Below are positions 18,701-28,768 of a stretch of 41,018 nucleotides of DNA, piece after piece. The notes beneath the pieces were generated by a model, which worked only from the letters and a program-made list of their open reading frames with translations, was not told the origin of the DNA and did no database searches. Numbering within the stretch: the stretch's first letter is position 1; each line of letters starts with the position of its first letter. Both the position numbers and the translations under genes were made by a program. The DNA lies in assembly GCA_007693605.1 (NCBI GenBank), contig REDG01000027.1, forward strand, positions 1-41,018, in the 5' to 3' direction. The DNA is from Bradymonadales bacterium. GTDB taxonomy: Bacteria > Bdellovibrionota > UBA2394.

Positions 18701-19438
18701 TTGAGAAATAGGTCCGCCTTAAAAGTTGAACTATTACAAGCACTTAAAGACAATTTTATTGCCCTGATCGTTCATCCCCCAAGTTCAACCTGTGTCGCGG
18801 TTGACCCCTCCGAGGCCGAACCCGTGCTTCGGTATTTGAAAGAGCACCAACTGAAATTGTCGGAAATTTGGAACACACATCACCACTGGGATCACACGGG
18901 AGGGAACAAGAAGTTAAAAGAAGAGACTGGGGCTTTCATTCGATGCAGCCGCCACGACCTCACAAGAATTTCAGATGCTGACCACGGCCTTGAGCACCGA
19001 GAGGTTTTTGAGTTTGCATCCATCAGATTTGAGACGATCGCTGTCCCTGGCCATACGCTTGGACATATTGCAATTTTTTCAGCTTCTGAAAGGATTCTGT
19101 TTACTGGAGACACTCTCTTTTCTTTGGGCTGTGGCAGAATTTTTGAGGGAACTCACCAGATGATGTTTGACAGTCTACAAAAACTGAAAGCCCTGCCAGA
19201 TGAAACTCTTTTGTACTGCGGGCACGAATACACTGAAGCCAACCTAGACTTTGCACTTCAAATCTTTCCAAATGATAGAGAGCTTCAATCCTATCGAGAT
19301 CAGTTAAAGACAAAACTTGAAGAAAATGGCTCAAGCCTGCCTAGCCAGCTTGGACTTGAGAAGAAGTTGAATCCCTTTTTAAGGGCCCAGGATATAGAGA
19401 GCTTTAAGCGCTATAGAGATCTCAAAGATCAATTTTAG
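18701..19438 (+). CDS. gloB: Hydroxyacylglutathione hydrolase (glyoxalase II)
   Basis: THHHWDHTGG, PGHTLGH, GDTLF..GCGR, GHEYT, NPFLR; start uncertain. Confidence 0.92.
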   Translation: MRNRSALKVELLQALKDNFIALIVHPPSSTCVAVDPSEAEPVLRYLKEHQLKLSEIWNTHHHWDHTGGNKKLKEETGAFIRCSRHDLTRISDADHGLEHREVFEFASIRFETIAVPGHTLGHIAIFSASERILFTGDTLFSLGCGRIFEGTHQMMFDSLQKLKALPDETLLYCGHEYTEANLDFALQIFPNDRELQSYRDQLKTKLEENGSSLPSQLGLEKKLNPFLRAQDIESFKRYRDLKDQF

Positions 19439-22050
19439 CCGGTACTCCGAAGCGCCGAACTAATTCCAGAAATGCAAAGTTCTATCACACGAAGACACTT
19501 TGCCTTTTCTTCCTCTGACTCTGCCTGGCGATATCTAAGAATCATTTGTCTTTGTATGAAGTTGAGTGGGTCTACATAGGGGTTTCGTCTTTCAATAGAA
19601 GTCTGTAGTACCTTTTCATTGTCCATCAGCTTTCTTTGACCCGTCACAGACAAAATCATTTTTTCTGTCAGCCGGTACTCTTCCTCGATGGCTTTACCAA
19701 AACTACGAAGCTTCTTTTCAACGAGTTCATGATAGGCTCGAAAAACACCCAGATCTGCGCGGCTAAGACTCAGCTGAGCGTTGTCAATCAGGGCCCGAAA
19801 GAAGGCCCAGTCTCTATACATTTTTCGAAGCTCTTTGATGGGAGCGCCTTTCAAGCCAGAACCCAAACCATACCAGCCAGGCAGGAGGCATCGAATCTGA
19901 ACCCATGAAAAAACCCAAGGGATTGCTCTTAAGTCTTCTACTCTTGCTGTGGGTTTTCGAGAGGCCGGTCGAGAACCAATCTTTAGGGTTTTTATAAACT
20001 CAATGGGTGTCAATTCGTTCCAATAAGAGATAAAGCCGTCAGACTGCTTCACGAGCTTTTCATAAGCCAACTGAGCTCGTTCCGAGACTTCTGTCATGAC
20101 GGGATCAAACTGAAGATGTGACTTTCTTTTCTTCTGAGCCTCGTAGGCGCCCAACAAAACGCCGTAGAGCATCTGTTCAATCACTCTTTTCGCAATTCCA
20201 GCGCGTTGATATTTTGCTGATAGGACCTCTCCCTGCTCTGTGATCCGAATTTTTCCGGACTTCATTCCGATTGGCTGAGACAAAATTGCTCTTGCGGCGG
20301 GCCCACCACCCCGAGCGATGCTCCCGCCCCGTCCGTGAAACAAAACAAGCTCGACTCCCTTTGATTCACAAAGTTCCGAAAGAATCTCCTGGGACTTAAA
20401 AATCAGCCAGTTCGCTGTCGTATAACCACAGTCTTTGTTGCTGTCAGAATATCCAAGCATCACCACCTGTTTGGAATGGTGCTGCTTCAGATGATCCTGA
20501 TAGTGGGGATCTCGGAAAAGCTCTTCCAAGATCTTTGGAGAGTTTTCGAGATCTTTCGCGGTTTCAAAAAGTGGCGCAATCGGCATCGACAACTTCGCCC
20601 ACTTCATGAAGGTCAAAACCTCCAAGATGTCTGAAACCGATTCGGTCATGCTGATGACATAAACCCCCCTCGCTTCAGACTCGAACTTTGAAATCTTTAG
20701 TAGGGGCTGAAACACCCAATGAAAGTCAGGCCCCAACTCCTCTTGCAGCGCATCTGGATTAGGAAGCTCTCGATTCAATGACTGAAGCACTTCCACCTTT
20801 TCAGTTTCCGACAAAGAAGCATAATCTAGGCCGTTCCTAAAAACTCTTAGATACTCGACCATCGCCTTCTCGTGAAGACTGGACTCCTGTCTAATATCAA
20901 GATTGGAAGTGTGAAGGCCGAAAATGGAAAGATGGGTTTTTATGGGCGATAGACTCTGTGAAAAAATTGATTTGGCGCGACTGTGGGCAAGACTCGCCTC
21001 AATCTGCTCTAGATGAGTATGAAGTTCTCGGGCTGTTAGCTTGGTAAGTTCGGCTCTTAAAATCAACAGATAGGCCCGATAGGGCTCAGAACGATGCGAC
21101 TCTAGAATCCGAGCATAGGCCTCATTCTCACTCCAGTGCTCAAGCTGGCTAATCACGGCCTCTGAGAAAAAGTCTCTTTCCACAGAAAAACTCAATCTTT
21201 CGGCCCAATCCTCCAGAAACTTTCCAATTCTTCTCAGACTCCGAGCTCGATGCATCAAAAGAGTCTGCTCGGTTACTTCTGGGCTCACATCAGGGTGCCC
21301 GTCTCGGTCACCCCCAATCCATGAACCAAACCGAATCCACTGCGAATTGATTTTTTCTTCGGGAAAAAACTTTTGCATCGATTCGTTCAGCTGGTTTTGC
21401 AACTCAAGAACAACCGAAAACAAATTATTTTCGAAATACCAAAGGCCCATATCCACCTCGTGGCGAACCTCTGGCTTCTCTCTCCTTCCACGAGAGCTTA
21501 ACCAAAGAGAAGCGATTTCTCTTTTCACTGCATCAGGAGGCGGAAGATCCGTTCCGGATGATTCAAACAATCTTCCAATTCTATCGAGCTTGGTTAGAAT
21601 CGTCCTTCGCTTCACTTCGGTGGGATGAGCAGTGAACACCAAATCAACTTGTGCCCTCTTAAAAATCTCTCGAACGATCTCGATGTCTTTCGACTTGAGA
21701 TGTCTTAGTGCGGCCTCAATCGACTCTTTCAGTTCCCGCTTTGATTTTCTTCTGGCCTCAATGAGCCGAAGGCGGTGGTTTTCTTCAGCGATATTCACAA
21801 GCTCAAAATAACAACCAAAGGCCAAAGCAACCTCATAAGCTTCTTCTGTGCTGAGCTTAGAAACCACTTTTTTGAGGCCTTGAAGAGCTGACGGATCACC
21901 AGCACGATAGGCCTTTGCATATTCTCTAATTCTCTCTTCTTTATCGAAAATGGCCGTGCCAGAAACCTCTTGAATCACCTCGCCCAGAAGCCCCCCTAAG
22001 AAGTGGATCTCGCGGGAGATTTGGGATCGAACGGTCAATTTAGACTTCAT
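19435..22050 (-). CDS. ppc: Phosphoenolpyruvate carboxylase
   Basis: VFTAHPTE, WIGGDRDG, MLGYSDSNKD, FHGRGGSIARGGGP, LRAIPWVFSW, C-terminal RSTG. Confidence 0.96.
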   Translation of the reverse strand: MKSKLTVRSQISREIHFLGGLLGEVIQEVSGTAIFDKEERIREYAKAYRAGDPSALQGLKKVVSKLSTEEAYEVALAFGCYFELVNIAEENHRLRLIEARRKSKRELKESIEAALRHLKSKDIEIVREIFKRAQVDLVFTAHPTEVKRRTILTKLDRIGRLFESSGTDLPPPDAVKREIASLWLSSRGRREKPEVRHEVDMGLWYFENNLFSVVLELQNQLNESMQKFFPEEKINSQWIRFGSWIGGDRDGHPDVSPEVTEQTLLMHRARSLRRIGKFLEDWAERLSFSVERDFFSEAVISQLEHWSENEAYARILESHRSEPYRAYLLILRAELTKLTARELHTHLEQIEASLAHSRAKSIFSQSLSPIKTHLSIFGLHTSNLDIRQESSLHEKAMVEYLRVFRNGLDYASLSETEKVEVLQSLNRELPNPDALQEELGPDFHWVFQPLLKISKFESEARGVYVISMTESVSDILEVLTFMKWAKLSMPIAPLFETAKDLENSPKILEELFRDPHYQDHLKQHHSKQVVMLGYSDSNKDCGYTTANWLIFKSQEILSELCESKGVELVLFHGRGGSIARGGGPAARAILSQPIGMKSGKIRITEQGEVLSAKYQRAGIAKRVIEQMLYGVLLGAYEAQKKRKSHLQFDPVMTEVSERAQLAYEKLVKQSDGFISYWNELTPIEFIKTLKIGSRPASRKPTARVEDLRAIPWVFSWVQIRCLLPGWYGLGSGLKGAPIKELRKMYRDWAFFRALIDNAQLSLSRADLGVFRAYHELVEKKLRSFGKAIEEEYRLTEKMILSVTGQRKLMDNEKVLQTSIERRNPYVDPLNFIQRQMILRYRQAESEEEKAKCLRVIELCISGISSALRSTG

Positions 22051-22510
22051 GTTCAATCAGCCACTCTTTTCTCTCTAGACCCCCAGAGAATCCCGCCAAA
22101 TCCCCTGACTTTGATACCACTCGATGACAGGGCACGGCCAAAGGAAGAGGATTCTTTTTGAGCGCTGATCCCACGGCGCGAGCCGCTTTCGAATTTCCAA
22201 TCTTCTCTGCCAAATCTGTGTAGGAAACAAGTTTGCCAAATGGAATCTTCTTAGCAGCACACCAAACTTTCTTTTCAAAAGAGCTCCCTTGAAGGTCCAC
22301 CTCAAATCGAAAGTTCTTCCTTAACCCAGAAAAGTATTCTTCAATCTCTTTCTTTGCTTGAGACAAATGTCTCTCAACGCGCCTCGTTCTTGGATCGATC
22401 TCTTTCTTTGCTGAAAAGTGAATCTTTTGAACTCCACGGTCAGAAGCCTCTATCGTCAATCGTCCAATTGGGGTAATCAGCTGTTGCCTTGCCAGGCCCT
22501 TATCCGCCAT
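22040..22510 (-). CDS. ogt: Methylated-DNA--protein-cysteine methyltransferase
   Basis: IPFG..SY, AARAVG, NP....PCHRV. Confidence 0.92.
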   Translation of the reverse strand: MADKGLARQQLITPIGRLTIEASDRGVQKIHFSAKKEIDPRTRRVERHLSQAKKEIEEYFSGLRKNFRFEVDLQGSSFEKKVWCAAKKIPFGKLVSYTDLAEKIGNSKAARAVGSALKKNPLPLAVPCHRVVSKSGDLAGFSGGLERKEWLIEHEV

Positions 22511-22523
22511 GCTTTTACTTAAC

Positions 22524-23537
22524 ATGCTTTCCGGCAGGATCGAAAGTATTCATCGAGAATTTCCCCGACTGAAAGACAACAGCATAGGGGATTCGGCTCA
22601 GAGAGAAATCAGCATTTATCAGCCTCCCAAGCAGCTCACGAAAAGTCAGAATCGTCTTCAGTCAGTTTATGTTTTGCCTGGATGGGGAAGCCGCGCCTCT
22701 AAGTACCTTCAAAACACTCAGGTCTTTGGAGAGAGCTTTTTGTCTCTGATCGAAAGGGCCATGCTGGAGTCTAAACTCCCACCACTCATTTTGGTCTTTC
22801 TGGACGGAGCCTCTCGTTTTGGTTGCCACCAATACATTGACTCAGCCGCCTTGGGCCCTAACCAGACCTGGATTGCGGATGATGTCACCGCTTTGGTGGA
22901 GGAACGAGCCCCCGCCAGCCCAGAGCCTGAAGATCGCATCATCTACGGTCACTCCAGCGGGGGCTTTGGAGCTCTCTGGATGGGATTTCAGCGCCCTGAT
23001 CGATTTAGAAAGATTGTTTGCTCGGCCGCAGACAGCTTCTTTGAACTCTCGATTTTGAAGGAAGTTCCGGGCGCCTGTGCCGAACTGGAAAAGGCTGGTG
23101 GCGTTGAAGCCTTTTTAGAGGAGTTTTTGAAGCATCCTATGCCAAGCGCCCTGGGTTCTCGTTCGTTCTTGACCATGCTGCTGCTTTCTCTCGCCCCGTG
23201 CTACGCGGCTCGACCTAAAACCCTCCCCCTGCACGGCGAAGTCTTTTTTGATATCAAAACTGGGAAGATCAAGCAGGACATTTGGGAAGAGTATCTAAAG
23301 TGGGACCCTGCCAGAGCCGTGGATCTGCAGGACCACTCAAAACTCAAACAGTCCTATTTTGTTTTAGACTGCGGACTTCAAGACGAGTTTGCTGCTCAAC
23401 TTGGTCATCGACAAATCGCGGAATCTCTTCAGAAGCACGCTCTGCCCCACCGGCTTGAGGAGTTTCATGGTCGACATTCTGGCAATGACTGGAGAGTGAT
23501 TCAGCGACTTCAGTGGGCCTTAAGGGAGTGTCGCTAA
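22524..23537 (+). CDS. Putative esterase (Fes/enterochelin-esterase-like alpha/beta hydrolase)
   Basis: L.DN.IGD...R...Y.PP, GHSSGGFGA, DCG.QDEF, FHGRHS. Confidence 0.8.
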   Translation: MLSGRIESIHREFPRLKDNSIGDSAQREISIYQPPKQLTKSQNRLQSVYVLPGWGSRASKYLQNTQVFGESFLSLIERAMLESKLPPLILVFLDGASRFGCHQYIDSAALGPNQTWIADDVTALVEERAPASPEPEDRIIYGHSSGGFGALWMGFQRPDRFRKIVCSAADSFFELSILKEVPGACAELEKAGGVEAFLEEFLKHPMPSALGSRSFLTMLLLSLAPCYAARPKTLPLHGEVFFDIKTGKIKQDIWEEYLKWDPARAVDLQDHSKLKQSYFVLDCGLQDEFAAQLGHRQIAESLQKHALPHRLEEFHGRHSGNDWRVIQRLQWALRECR

Positions 23538-23647
23538 AGGCCCATCTCCTTTGTCGGCTGCGTCGCTGCGCTTCTCGAGTGGCATTTGAACCACACTGCG
23601 ATGCTCGCTCCTTGCCTTCGCGCATCTGAACCCTTATCGCCACTCCC
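23524..23647. repeat. ~124-bp dispersed palindromic (REP/MITE-like) element, copy 1
   Basis: GGGAGTG...CACTCCC ends; near-identical reverse complement at 40270-40392. Confidence 0.85.
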
Positions 23648-23656
23648 CACGAATCG

Positions 23657-24397
23657 CTAAAGGCCCCACTTTCGAAGCATCTCTTCTTCTTCTGATTTGG
23701 AAGAGACTTTCTTATACTTCGCTCCTCTCACTCCTTTCACTCTCGCTTCACAGGCCTTCCAACTCGAATCTCGGTGCAACTCACCCCCCACAAAGCTTAA
23801 GTAGTAAGAACTACCCTCTGACTTCATCTTAGTTTTTTGTCTAGACCGAGTAAGTGGTCTTGCCCTCTCAATTCCTCCAGTCAGATTAACAGGATAGTCT
23901 TGCAAACGACCTCGGAACAATTCCACTGAAATGCCCTCTGCAAAGCTCGATGCAATCTCATCCGCCCTCTCGTTTCCAGAAATATCAGAATGACCTTCCA
24001 CATGTCGCCAATTCAGCTTGAGGCTCTCAGGCAAACTTCTCAGTTTCGCATCAATTTCCTTCCACAGTTCCAGGTTCTTTAAATCTTGGTTTTGAGAGCT
24101 CTTCCAATTGTTCTTCGCCCAAGCAAATCTCCAAAACTTAGCCCCCTCTAGCACATACTTCGAGTCAAAGAATATGAGCAGCTCGGCTGCTCCGCTTTTC
24201 TGCCCCTCAGCTCCAACGAAAGCAAGGGCTTTCGCCAAGGCCGTCAGCTCCATTTCGTTGTTTGTGGTGACTGAAGAACCGCCTCCTAACTCTACAACGA
24301 GATCGGCAGATGCAATGACAACGCCCCAGCCCCCTGGGCCCGGATTTCCCTTACAAGCACCATCTCCAAAGACCCATATTTCTTGCTTGGCAATCAC
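23657..24397 (-). CDS. rnhA: Ribonuclease HI with C-terminal viroplasmin/hybrid-binding-like domain
   Basis: DGACKGNPGPGGWG, TTNNEMEL, DSKYV, KNLELW, H..GH...GNERAD; C-terminal W..CEARVKGV.GAKYKK. Confidence 0.9.
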   Translation of the reverse strand: MIAKQEIWVFGDGACKGNPGPGGWGVVIASADLVVELGGGSSVTTNNEMELTALAKALAFVGAEGQKSGAAELLIFFDSKYVLEGAKFWRFAWAKNNWKSSQNQDLKNLELWKEIDAKLRSLPESLKLNWRHVEGHSDISGNERADEIASSFAEGISVELFRGRLQDYPVNLTGGIERARPLTRSRQKTKMKSEGSSYYLSFVGGELHRDSSWKACEARVKGVRGAKYKKVSSKSEEEEMLRKWGL

Positions 24398-24471
24398 CCC
24401 TTAGTGTTCTCAGTTAAGTTGACCCGAGGACAAGAGCTTTTATAAAGTTTTGATCAGTTGGAAATGTCAGC

Positions 24472-25218
24472 ATGAGAACCGTCAACCCCTTCCTTAAAGA
24501 TAAAGTGTTTTTGATGCGTCGGCTAAGCCCTTCGAGCGAGCTGGCCAAGGAGAGCTCGGTCTATTTCATGCTTTTCGTGCTCTTGTCGGTATTTGTTGGC
24601 TCGGCTCTCGTCGCATCCTGGCTGAGAACCCACTTCTCGATGCAACTTGAATTCCGATCTCCTTTTTTGCCCATGCTTGTCGCTCTTGTGGGTCTCGCTC
24701 TGGGTTTAAGATTTTTTTATGAGTTCAGTCGACTCTTTGGTTTTTCTAGTGTTTTACTTTCCGGCGCGCTTTTTGGATTCTACTATGAACTCTTGATTCA
24801 GTTGTTTGATGGAATTTTTCTACAGCTCGCGCTCGTTCTTCTCGCAAGTCTCTGTTCAATGATTGTTCTCTCCTATAAAAATGTTCTCCATGAGCCCTTG
24901 AGAGTAAGGGACTATATGAAATATTTCATTTTCAGCATTCTGACCCTCCACTTTTTCATATGGATCTTTCGAGTGCTAGAAAATCCAATCCCTTACATTC
25001 ACGAGATGCCTCTCATTCGTTCGCTTATTTGCATCTTGAGCATTGTCTTGATTGGCATTTTCTTAACGAATGACTTCAAGAGCCTGCGACGGGCCCTGGC
25101 GATGCGCCTACCAAAGCCCATGGAGGCTTATCTCTCGATGGGAATTCTGTATGGAGTTCTTTGGATGCCGATAGGTATTGTGCAACTCATCCTCAAGGCC
25201 TCCGAAGATCAAGACTAA
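24472..25218 (+). CDS. Bax inhibitor-1/YccA-like 7-TM membrane protein (divergent)
   Basis: MRT.NP start, about 7 hydrophobic segments, DF..L...PK.ME.Y..MG...VLW ending. Confidence 0.6.
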   Translation: MRTVNPFLKDKVFLMRRLSPSSELAKESSVYFMLFVLLSVFVGSALVASWLRTHFSMQLEFRSPFLPMLVALVGLALGLRFFYEFSRLFGFSSVLLSGALFGFYYELLIQLFDGIFLQLALVLLASLCSMIVLSYKNVLHEPLRVRDYMKYFIFSILTLHFFIWIFRVLENPIPYIHEMPLIRSLICILSIVLIGIFLTNDFKSLRRALAMRLPKPMEAYLSMGILYGVLWMPIGIVQLILKASEDQD

Positions 25219-25257
25219 AGGTCCAACCGGTAAATCATCTCCGTGTTTTGCCACTAG
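25215..25257. repeat. Truncated copy of the CTAG-bounded element
   Basis: GGTCCAACCGGTAAAT (identical to 15265-15280), CCGTGTT and CCACTAG; overlaps stops of both convergent genes. Confidence 0.7.
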
Positions 25258-25700
25258 CGACTCCTGAGTTCCCTTGAGATTTCTCGGTCCGCCTGCTTCT
25301 TTTTCAAATCCTGTCTCTTATCATGAATCTTTTTGCCCTTCCCTAAGCCCAGAAGCACCTTCACTCTTCCGCCCTTCAGATAAGCTTTCAGGGCTACAAT
25401 GGTCTTTCCGCCCGTCCAAGCCCCAAACCACTTGCTCAACTCCTTTCGATGCAGCAAAAGCTTCCGTCTCGCCCGAGGCTCGTGATTGAAGCGGTTGCCA
25501 TGAGAATACTCGTTGATATGAGCATTCATCAAATAAAGCTCGTCACCTTGAAAGGCTCCATAAGCATCTGACAGGTTCATCTTTCCTTCTCGGCAAGATT
25601 TCACCTCACTCCCTTTCAAAACGACGCCCGCCTCTAAGGTCTCTTCGATATGATAGTTGAATCTCGCCTTTCGATTTTCAGTGATCAGCTTTTCAGACAC
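25254..25700 (-). CDS. smpB: SsrA-binding protein
   Basis: NRKARFNY, EAG.VL.GSEVKS, RKLLLH, GKGKK.HDKR. Confidence 0.97.
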   Translation of the reverse strand: MSEKLITENRKARFNYHIEETLEAGVVLKGSEVKSCREGKMNLSDAYGAFQGDELYLMNAHINEYSHGNRFNHEPRARRKLLLHRKELSKWFGAWTGGKTIVALKAYLKGGRVKVLLGLGKGKKIHDKRQDLKKKQADREISRELRSR

Positions 25701-26451
25701 TTTTCAACTCCCTGTAAATCTTGGGCCACTCTTTCAGGGGAATCTCCTCCGCACGAAGATTGTCAGACCAAGACTGAGACCGATATAAAGCTCGAATCGA
25801 GTCTTCAGAGAACCTCTTTTTCAGTGAAAACAAAAGGCGTTTTCGCTTGTACAGGAAGCAAGACTTCAAGAATTCAGCGTAGTCTGAATCCCACGAAGAC
25901 GCGGGCTCCCTACGATTTCCGACAACAATCTGCGAGTCGACCTTGGGGGCGGGTCGAAAGGCTCCGGGGGGAACCACCGGGCCTAATTCAATCTCATAGT
26001 AAGACTGAACAAGCACACTCAAGCTCCCATAGGCCCTGCAGCCCGATTTCGATGCGAGTCTTTCGGCCACCTCCCTTTGCACTAAAAACACAAAGTGTTT
26101 TACTTGGTCCGAATGCTTGACGATCTTTAGAATCATTGCGGTCGCTGACTCATAGGGAAGATTCCCTATGAGGGAAAAGTCGAGAACCGGCTTCGACTCA
26201 ACACAAAAATCCCAGTCCAAAAAATCTTGCTGATAATACGGATAGTCTTTGGAATCCTCTGTGTGAATCTCTTTGAATTGAGGGTCGATCTCAAACAGAA
26301 GAAAAGAAGAATACTTCTTTTTCAAATGTTTGGTTAAGGCCGCTCGCCCAGGTCCAATTTCAGCAAACTCCCTCTCTGGAGTAAAATAAGAAACAATGCG
26401 AGCCTGCCATGCCGAATCGACAAGAAAATTTTGACCCCACTTCGCTCTCAT
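25693..26451 (-). CDS. rsmA: 16S rRNA m6,2A1518/1519 dimethyltransferase
   Basis: GQNFL, EIGPG, NLPY, QREVAERL, F.PAPKVDS, RAEE. Confidence 0.93.
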   Translation of the reverse strand: MRAKWGQNFLVDSAWQARIVSYFTPEREFAEIGPGRAALTKHLKKKYSSFLLFEIDPQFKEIHTEDSKDYPYYQQDFLDWDFCVESKPVLDFSLIGNLPYESATAMILKIVKHSDQVKHFVFLVQREVAERLASKSGCRAYGSLSVLVQSYYEIELGPVVPPGAFRPAPKVDSQIVVGNRREPASSWDSDYAEFLKSCFLYKRKRLLFSLKKRFSEDSIRALYRSQSWSDNLRAEEIPLKEWPKIYRELKSV

Positions 26452-27485
26452 TGAGTCTTCCTTCTGATCGCGGGTCTGCTGGTGGAGCTAACACCTTCTT
26501 CAAAATCTGAAAACTCAGATTGAAGAAATTTGACATAGGCTCGGACTCCAACCATTGCGGCATTGTCTGTGCAAAACTCCATGCGCGGAACGAAAATCCT
26601 TTCAAGCACTCCAGACTCAAGTAGGTTTTGACATCTGCTCTTGAGTTCCAGATTTCTGGCAACCCCTCCGACCACAACCAGTCTTGTCAAAGCGCTTTCC
26701 TCTGCCGCTCTTTTGATCTTTTCAATCAAATGATCCATCAACGCCTTTTGAAAGCCCGCGGCAAGATGGGGGCGGCTCTCTGGGTCGGAGTGCTTCGCCG
26801 CAAATCGAGCCAGTTGACTCTTTAACCCGCTGAAGCTGAACTCCAATCCATCTACCTTCACTGCCGAAAACTTAAATCGGGTCGGATCTCCAGCTCTCGC
26901 CAACTCTTCAAGCTTAGCTCCCCCAGGAAATCCCAAACCCAAACACTTTGCAGCCTTATCAAAGGCCTCACCCATCGCGTCGTCTCGAGTGCCCCCTAAC
27001 AAATGAAACTGATCAAAACCATCGACTCGATACAGACTGGTGTGCCCACCAGAGACAAGTGCCGCCAAAAAAGGAAAATCTGGCTGATCCTCTTCAAGAA
27101 AGACCGAAAGCAGATGACTCTCGAGATGATGACAAGAAATAAACCGGCCGGGGTAAAGAAAAGACAAGGATTTGGCTGCCGTTTGACCGACCAAAAGTGA
27201 TCCCACTAAACCCGGCTGAGATGTAGCCGCAAAGGCCTGCACTTCGGCCAAATCCCAACCCGTTTCTGTTATGACCTTTCTCATTAGAGGCAGCAGACTT
27301 CTCAAATGCGCTCGCGAAGCGAGCTCTGGCACAACCCCGCCATACTTCAAATGAACTTCGTCTTGAGATTGAACAGCTAAACTCAGCAGTCGAGGAATTC
27401 GATCTCCCGGATTTGCCTCTAAAGCCGCTACTGAGGTGTCATCACATGAAGTTTCAAAAGCTAAAATTTTTATTCTGTCGGACAT
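26448..27485 (-). CDS. tsaD: tRNA N6-threonylcarbamoyltransferase
   Basis: ETSCDDT, GGVVPELASRAH, HHLESH, VSGGHT, GEAFDK, CTDNAAM. Confidence 0.96.
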   Translation of the reverse strand: MSDRIKILAFETSCDDTSVAALEANPGDRIPRLLSLAVQSQDEVHLKYGGVVPELASRAHLRSLLPLMRKVITETGWDLAEVQAFAATSQPGLVGSLLVGQTAAKSLSFLYPGRFISCHHLESHLLSVFLEEDQPDFPFLAALVSGGHTSLYRVDGFDQFHLLGGTRDDAMGEAFDKAAKCLGLGFPGGAKLEELARAGDPTRFKFSAVKVDGLEFSFSGLKSQLARFAAKHSDPESRPHLAAGFQKALMDHLIEKIKRAAEESALTRLVVVGGVARNLELKSRCQNLLESGVLERIFVPRMEFCTDNAAMVGVRAYVKFLQSEFSDFEEGVSSTSRPAIRRKTQ

Positions 27486-28150
27486 TCCGCATTCATGATT
27501 TCGGTGAAAGCCTCAAGTTCGGCCTCCATCCCAAGGTTTCGAAACGAATCAGCCTGTCGAGCCATCGCATCGCACCTTTTATCGGATTGCGGATAATTTT
27601 CAATAAGATCCTGATACCTCACCAAAGCCTCTGCGTGCTGACCCTGAAGCCTATGGCCCTCAGCCACCCAAAACAAAGCATTATCGGCCAAAGGATCTTC
27701 AGGGCGCTCCTCCAAAAAGCGAAGGAACAGGAGCCTCGCTCGGTCAAAATTTCCAGTCTGATGGGCTCTCAGGGCCTCTCGATAGAGACCATCTGGCCCT
27801 CTGGCCGCCTCGTTTCCCCTTTGAGAACGCGGAGACCTTTGAGCCCGAGAAACCTGAGACTCCATCTGCTGAATTCGGTCCTGCAAAGCCTGGTTCTGAT
27901 ACTCTAAACTCTCAATCTGTCCCCGCATGACGGTCTGATCATTTCGAATAGTGGTCAGCTGAGAACGAAGGTCGGCGAGCCGTCTTCCCTCCAAAACATC
28001 AGGCTCCGAACTGCCAGAGGGAACGCCAGACCGCCCCTCCAAAAAACGACTTCTCTCATCCAAGTCATTTAAACGAGCTTCAAACTCGTCCAATCGTTGA
28101 GCGCAAGAAATACTTAAAAAAGAAATCAGAAACAAAAAAAGGACTCGCAT
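27470..28150 (-). CDS. cpoB: Tol-Pal protein CpoB/YbgF (lipoprotein, coiled coil plus TPR)
   Basis: ISC lipobox, coiled coil, LADNALFW, YP.SDK; directly after pal. Confidence 0.82.
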   Translation of the reverse strand: MRVLFLFLISFLSISCAQRLDEFEARLNDLDERSRFLEGRSGVPSGSSEPDVLEGRRLADLRSQLTTIRNDQTVMRGQIESLEYQNQALQDRIQQMESQVSRAQRSPRSQRGNEAARGPDGLYREALRAHQTGNFDRARLLFLRFLEERPEDPLADNALFWVAEGHRLQGQHAEALVRYQDLIENYPQSDKRCDAMARQADSFRNLGMEAELEAFTEIMNAECPTE

Positions 28151-28194
28151 GAGAGTAGATTAACCGCCAGCGAGCCCTTTTTGAAAGAAAAAGC

Positions 28195-28719
28195 TTATCT
28201 TTGTAAAATCACAAACTCGGCTCGACGATTCAGTCGCCAAGCCTCCTCACTTGATCGAGGATCAAGGGGTTTCTCCTCCCCCCAACTCTTCATTTCCATT
28301 CTGTTACGGGGAACGCCTAAGTCTGCCAAATAGCTAATGGCGGCCCGAGCTCGCCTTTCTCCCAAGGCGATATTGTACTCGTTACTTCCTCTCTCGTCAC
28401 AGTGCCCCTCAACCAAGACCCTCATTCTAGGATTCCCTAAAATCGTTCTTGCGTTGTTCTGCAAACGATTTCGAGACTCTTCTGTCAGATTTGAGCTGTC
28501 GAATGGAAAGTGAACGCGCTCGAGAGTCCCAAGGCCAATTCCGCCAGTCGCCGACGCCCCACTACCTTCTCGAATGTAGTCACTCTCCGTCACATCGGAG
28601 GGACGAGTTGAAGTCGCGTCTTTGGTCGCACAACCCGCCAAAAGCACAGCAATACTCATACACAAAAAGCTGTAGAGAAGTTTAAAGCCAGATTCAGATT
28701 CAAGAGACATGATTTTCAT
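28195..28719 (-). CDS. pal: Peptidoglycan-associated lipoprotein
   Basis: LAGC lipobox, EGHCDERGSNEYNIALGERRA, SWGEEKP, NRRAE; start could be 28719, 28710 or later. Confidence 0.93.
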   Translation of the reverse strand: MKIMSLESESGFKLLYSFLCMSIAVLLAGCATKDATSTRPSDVTESDYIREGSGASATGGIGLGTLERVHFPFDSSNLTEESRNRLQNNARTILGNPRMRVLVEGHCDERGSNEYNIALGERRARAAISYLADLGVPRNRMEMKSWGEEKPLDPRSSEEAWRLNRRAEFVILQR

Positions 28720-28768
28720 AATTTGATTAACTCCTTTTTAGCAAACTGAAGCACTACATTGAAGCCTA

